A DNA stretch of 64,000 nucleotides, taken from assembly GCF_051903065.1 (NCBI RefSeq), contig NZ_CP178438.1. One strand, given 5' to 3'. Of this stretch, positions 61,409-64,000 are shown one piece after another; position 1 is the stretch's first letter; every line of letters starts with the position of its first letter. The position numbers were made by a program, and so were the translations under genes. Under the pieces are notes generated by a model that did no database searches, was not told where the DNA came from, and saw nothing but the letters and a program-made list of their open reading frames with translations. Source of the stretch: Escherichia coli. GTDB taxonomy: Bacteria; Pseudomonadota; Gammaproteobacteria; Enterobacterales; Enterobacteriaceae.

Positions 61409-62824
61409 TTACTGCTGGTTTTCGCGTTCAGCAATAAAGGCCAGCGCTTTGTTGATACGCTCAATGCTACGTGTCTTACCGATTGCGTGAACGGTAACAT
61501 CCAGTGCCGGAGACTGCCCCGCACCGGTTACGGCGACACGCAGCGGCATACCAACTTTACCCATACCCACTTCCAGCTCATCCGCCGTCGCCTGAATAGC
61601 GTGATGAACGTTTTCAGCGGTCCAGTCAGTAATCGCGGCCAGTTTGTCACGAACCACTTCCAGCGGCTGACGCGCTACCGGACGCAGATGTTTTTTCGCG
61701 GCGTCGGCATCGAACTCAGCAAAATCTTCGTAGAAATAACGGCAGCTCTGTGCCATCGCTTTCAGCGTCTTGCAGCGTTCGCCCAGCAGTTTCACCAGAT
61801 CAGCCAGCTGCGGGCCGTTACGGGTATCGATATTTTCCTGCTCAATGTGCCACTGTAAGTGAGTAGCAACATACTCCGGCGGCAGCGCGTTAATGTAGTG
61901 ATGGTTCAGCCACAGCAGCTTGTCGGTGTTGAACGCACTGGCAGATTTGCTGACGGCATTCAAAGTGAAGTATTTGATCATCTCTTCACGAGTGAAGATT
62001 TCCTGATCGCCGTGGGACCAGCCCAGACGCACCAGATAGTTCAGCAGTGCTTCTGGCAAATAACCGTCATCACGATACTGCATTACGCTGACTGCCCCGT
62101 GACGTTTGGACAGTTTTTTGCCGTCATCGCCGTTGATCATAGAAACGTGCGCGTAAACCGGTACCGGCGCTTTCAGGGCTTTAAGAATGTTGATCTGGCG
62201 TGGCGTGTTGTTGATATGGTCTTCGCCACGGATAACGTGGGTGATTTCCATATCCCAGTCATCGACAACCACACAGAAGTTATAGGTTGGGGAACCATCG
62301 GTACGGCGGATAATAAGATCGTCCAGTTCCTGGTTGCTGAACTCGATCGGACCACGGATCTGATCGTCAAAAACAACAGAACCTTCCTGCGGGTTAGCAA
62401 AACGTACGACACACGGCTCATCATCAGCGTGATGCTCATGACTGTGGCGGCAGCGACCATCATAACGCGGCTTCTCACCTTTCGCCATTTGCTCTTCGCG
62501 CAGCGCTTCCAGGCGCTCTTTAGAGCAATAGCATTTATAAGCTGTGCCCTCTTCCAGCATCTGATCGATCACCGCGTTGTAGCGATCAAAACGTTTGGTC
62601 TGGAAGTACGGACCTTCATCCCACTCCAGGCTCAGCCAGTTCATGCCATCCATAATGGCTTCGATAGCTTCCGGCGTGGAACGCTCAAGATCGGTGTCTT
62701 CAATACGCAGCACGAACTCACCGCCGTGATTACGTGCAAAAAGCCAGGAGTAAAGAGCAGTACGCGCGCCGCCAACGTGCAGATAGCCTGTTGGGCTTGG
62801 CGCGAAGCGAGTTTTGATTTTCAT
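61409..62824 (-). CDS. gltX: Glutamyl-tRNA synthetase
   Basis: 471 aa [27 protein letters not shown] (HIGH motif) and KLSKR. Confidence 0.97.
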   Translation of the reverse strand: MKIKTRFAPSPTGYLHVGGARTALYSWLFARNHGGEFVLRIEDTDLERSTPEAIEAIMDGMNWLSLEWDEGPYFQTKRFDRYNAVIDQMLEEGTAYKCYCSKERLEALREEQMAKGEKPRYDGRCRHSHEHHADDEPCVVRFANPQEGSVVFDDQIRGPIEFSNQELDDLIIRRTDGSPTYNFCVVVDDWDMEITHVIRGEDHINNTPRQINILKALKAPVPVYAHVSMINGDDGKKLSKRHGAVSVMQYRDDGYLPEALLNYLVRLGWSHGDQEIFTREEMIKYFTLNAVSKSASAFNTDKLLWLNHHYINALPPEYVATHLQWHIEQENIDTRNGPQLADLVKLLGERCKTLKAMAQSCRYFYEDFAEFDADAAKKHLRPVARQPLEVVRDKLAAITDWTAENVHHAIQATADELEVGMGKVGMPLRVAVTGAGQSPALDVTVHAIGKTRSIERINKALAFIAERENQQ

Positions 62825-63082
62825 GAAATGGCCTTACGTTTAGAAAGATGCCGACAACCGGCAAATCCTGGAAAAATTGAGTGGGCGATATTCTATCACT
62901 CCCGCCTGATTCCTCAATGTAGTTCGGGTTGCAACCTTACGCATTATTGTTTTCGTTGACAAATTGCGCAACACGGTCTGTTTTGCGATCATCTTGCTTA
63001 AATTTACGACGAACGAACAATTTCTTTAGAAAATGCGTTGACTCATTTTGAACTCTCCCTATAATGCGACTCCACACAGCGG

Positions 63083-63158
63083 GGGTGATTAGCTCAGCTG
63101 GGAGAGCACCTCCCTTACAAGGAGGGGGTCGGCGGTTCGATCCCGTCATCACCCACCA
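63083..63158 (+). tRNA. valU: tRNA-Val (UAC)
   Basis: GGGTGATTAGCTCAGCTGGGAGAGCACCTCCCTTACAAGGAGGGGGTCGGCGGTTCGATCCCGTCATCACCCACCA. Confidence 0.95.
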
Positions 63159-63202
63159 ACTACTTTATGTAGTCTCCGCCGTGTAGCAAGAAATTGAGAA
63201 GT

Positions 63203-63278
63203 GGGTGATTAGCTCAGCTGGGAGAGCACCTCCCTTACAAGGAGGGGGTCGGCGGTTCGATCCCGTCATCACCCACCA
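63203..63278 (+). tRNA. valX: tRNA-Val (UAC)
   Basis: Identical copy. Confidence 0.95.
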
Positions 63279-63324
63279 CTTTCTCACCAGCTAAATTTCT
63301 TGTAACAATGTGAAGTACCGAAGT

Positions 63325-63400
63325 GGGTGATTAGCTCAGCTGGGAGAGCACCTCCCTTACAAGGAGGGGGTCGGCGGTTCGATCCCGTCATCACCCACCA
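63325..63400 (+). tRNA. valY: tRNA-Val (UAC)
   Basis: Identical copy. Confidence 0.95.
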
Positions 63401-63404
63401 CTTC

Positions 63405-63480
63405 GGGTCGTTAGCTCAGTTGGTAGAGCAGTTGACTTTTAATCAATTGGTCGCAGGTTCGAATCCTGCACGACCCACCA
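63405..63480 (+). tRNA. lysV: tRNA-Lys (UUU)
   Basis: GGGTCGTTAGCTCAGTTGGTAGAGCAGTTGACTTTTAATCAATTGGTCGCAGGTTCGAATCCTGCACGACCCACCA. Confidence 0.95.
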
Positions 63481-63487
63481 ATGTAAA

Positions 63488-63512
63488 AAAGCGCCCTAAA
63501 GGCGCTTTTTTG
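63488..63512 (+). terminator. Rho-independent terminator of the valU-lysV tRNA operon
   Basis: gcgcc-ctaaa-ggcgc followed by TTTTTT. Confidence 0.8.
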
Positions 63513-63599
63513 CTATCTGCGATTTGTAAGATTGATTTTTCTTCTCAAGTTCCTTGTTCTTCTACCGATATTACCTCGTACAGTGACGAGGACTGAACA

Positions 63600-63728
63600 A
63601 TGGCCACTATCTCTTCAACTTCAATTCCTTCCATACAAACACAGAGTAGTAACATGGCATCACAAGGTAGCGATGTTGCTTCACAAATCGCGCGGATAAG
63701 TCAGCAAATCATCAAACTCACTCAATAA
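63600..63728 (+). CDS. Small Ser/Gln-rich ORF (42 aa) ending at in-frame TAA; downstream frame continues as Gln-rich coiled-coil without start codon
   Basis: MATISSTSIPSIQTQSSNMASQGSDVASQIARISQQIIKLTQ* then IKEIVDTSGSAEDKQKQAELIQQQITLLETQLAQLQRQQAEKAQEKEQRLS... in same frame. Confidence 0.3.
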   Translation: MATISSTSIPSIQTQSSNMASQGSDVASQIARISQQIIKLTQ

Positions 63729-64000
63729 ATTAAAGAGATTGTAGACACTAGCGGCAGTGCTGAAGACAAACAAAAACAGGCCGAATTGATTCAACAGCAA
63801 ATCACCCTACTGGAAACACAACTGGCGCAGTTGCAGAGACAGCAGGCAGAAAAGGCGCAGGAAAAAGAGCAGCGTTTGTCTCTGAATGTATCCCTTCTAA
63901 ATCCTGTTGAAAAAACGACTCATATCGATATCTATATCTGATACAACGGATCCCCTTCCCGCCCAGCCATTAGCGCATTGCCCTGGTCTCGTACCACGTC

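Noticed and set aside
61859-62959. 366-aa ORF antisense to gltX
   Set aside because: Overlaps the conserved glutamyl-tRNA synthetase gene on the opposite strand; no start context or domain features.

Overview
This window reads as Escherichia coli chromosome (recognised from protein N-termini and gene order; no database search was run). No intact novel multi-gene system is supportable from sequence alone; the most interesting content is a set of remnants in the accessory left arm. Positions 1-16909 are the distal part of a decayed accessory island ending at a 19-bp copy of the argW tRNA 3' end. It holds one intact 1165-aa autotransporter, a low-GC GntR-type regulator, and remnants or copies of at least six IS families (IS2-like, IS3/IS911-like, IS66, IS256-family, IS600-like with nested IS30, IS1), plus a group II intron reverse-transcriptase remnant and a Lon-like protease C-terminal fragment that may be the last trace of a defence locus. 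Positions 16910-22685 carry the sucrose cluster cscB-cscK-cscA-cscR, which has replaced dsdC and most of dsdX. From dsdA to lysV (22703-63480) the window is syntenic with K-12: emrKY, evgAS, yfdE-yfdV-oxc-frc-yfdX, lpxP, alaC, ypdABC, fryABC-ypdEF, glk, yfeO, ypeC, mntH, nupC, yfeA, two tRNA-Ala, yfeCD, gltX, three tRNA-Val and tRNA-Lys. Downstream of lysV the sequence does not look like K-12 xapR and instead encodes a small Ser/Gln-rich coiled-coil ORF with an in-frame stop. The ORF track uses alternative start codons, so several starts were re-placed by hand.
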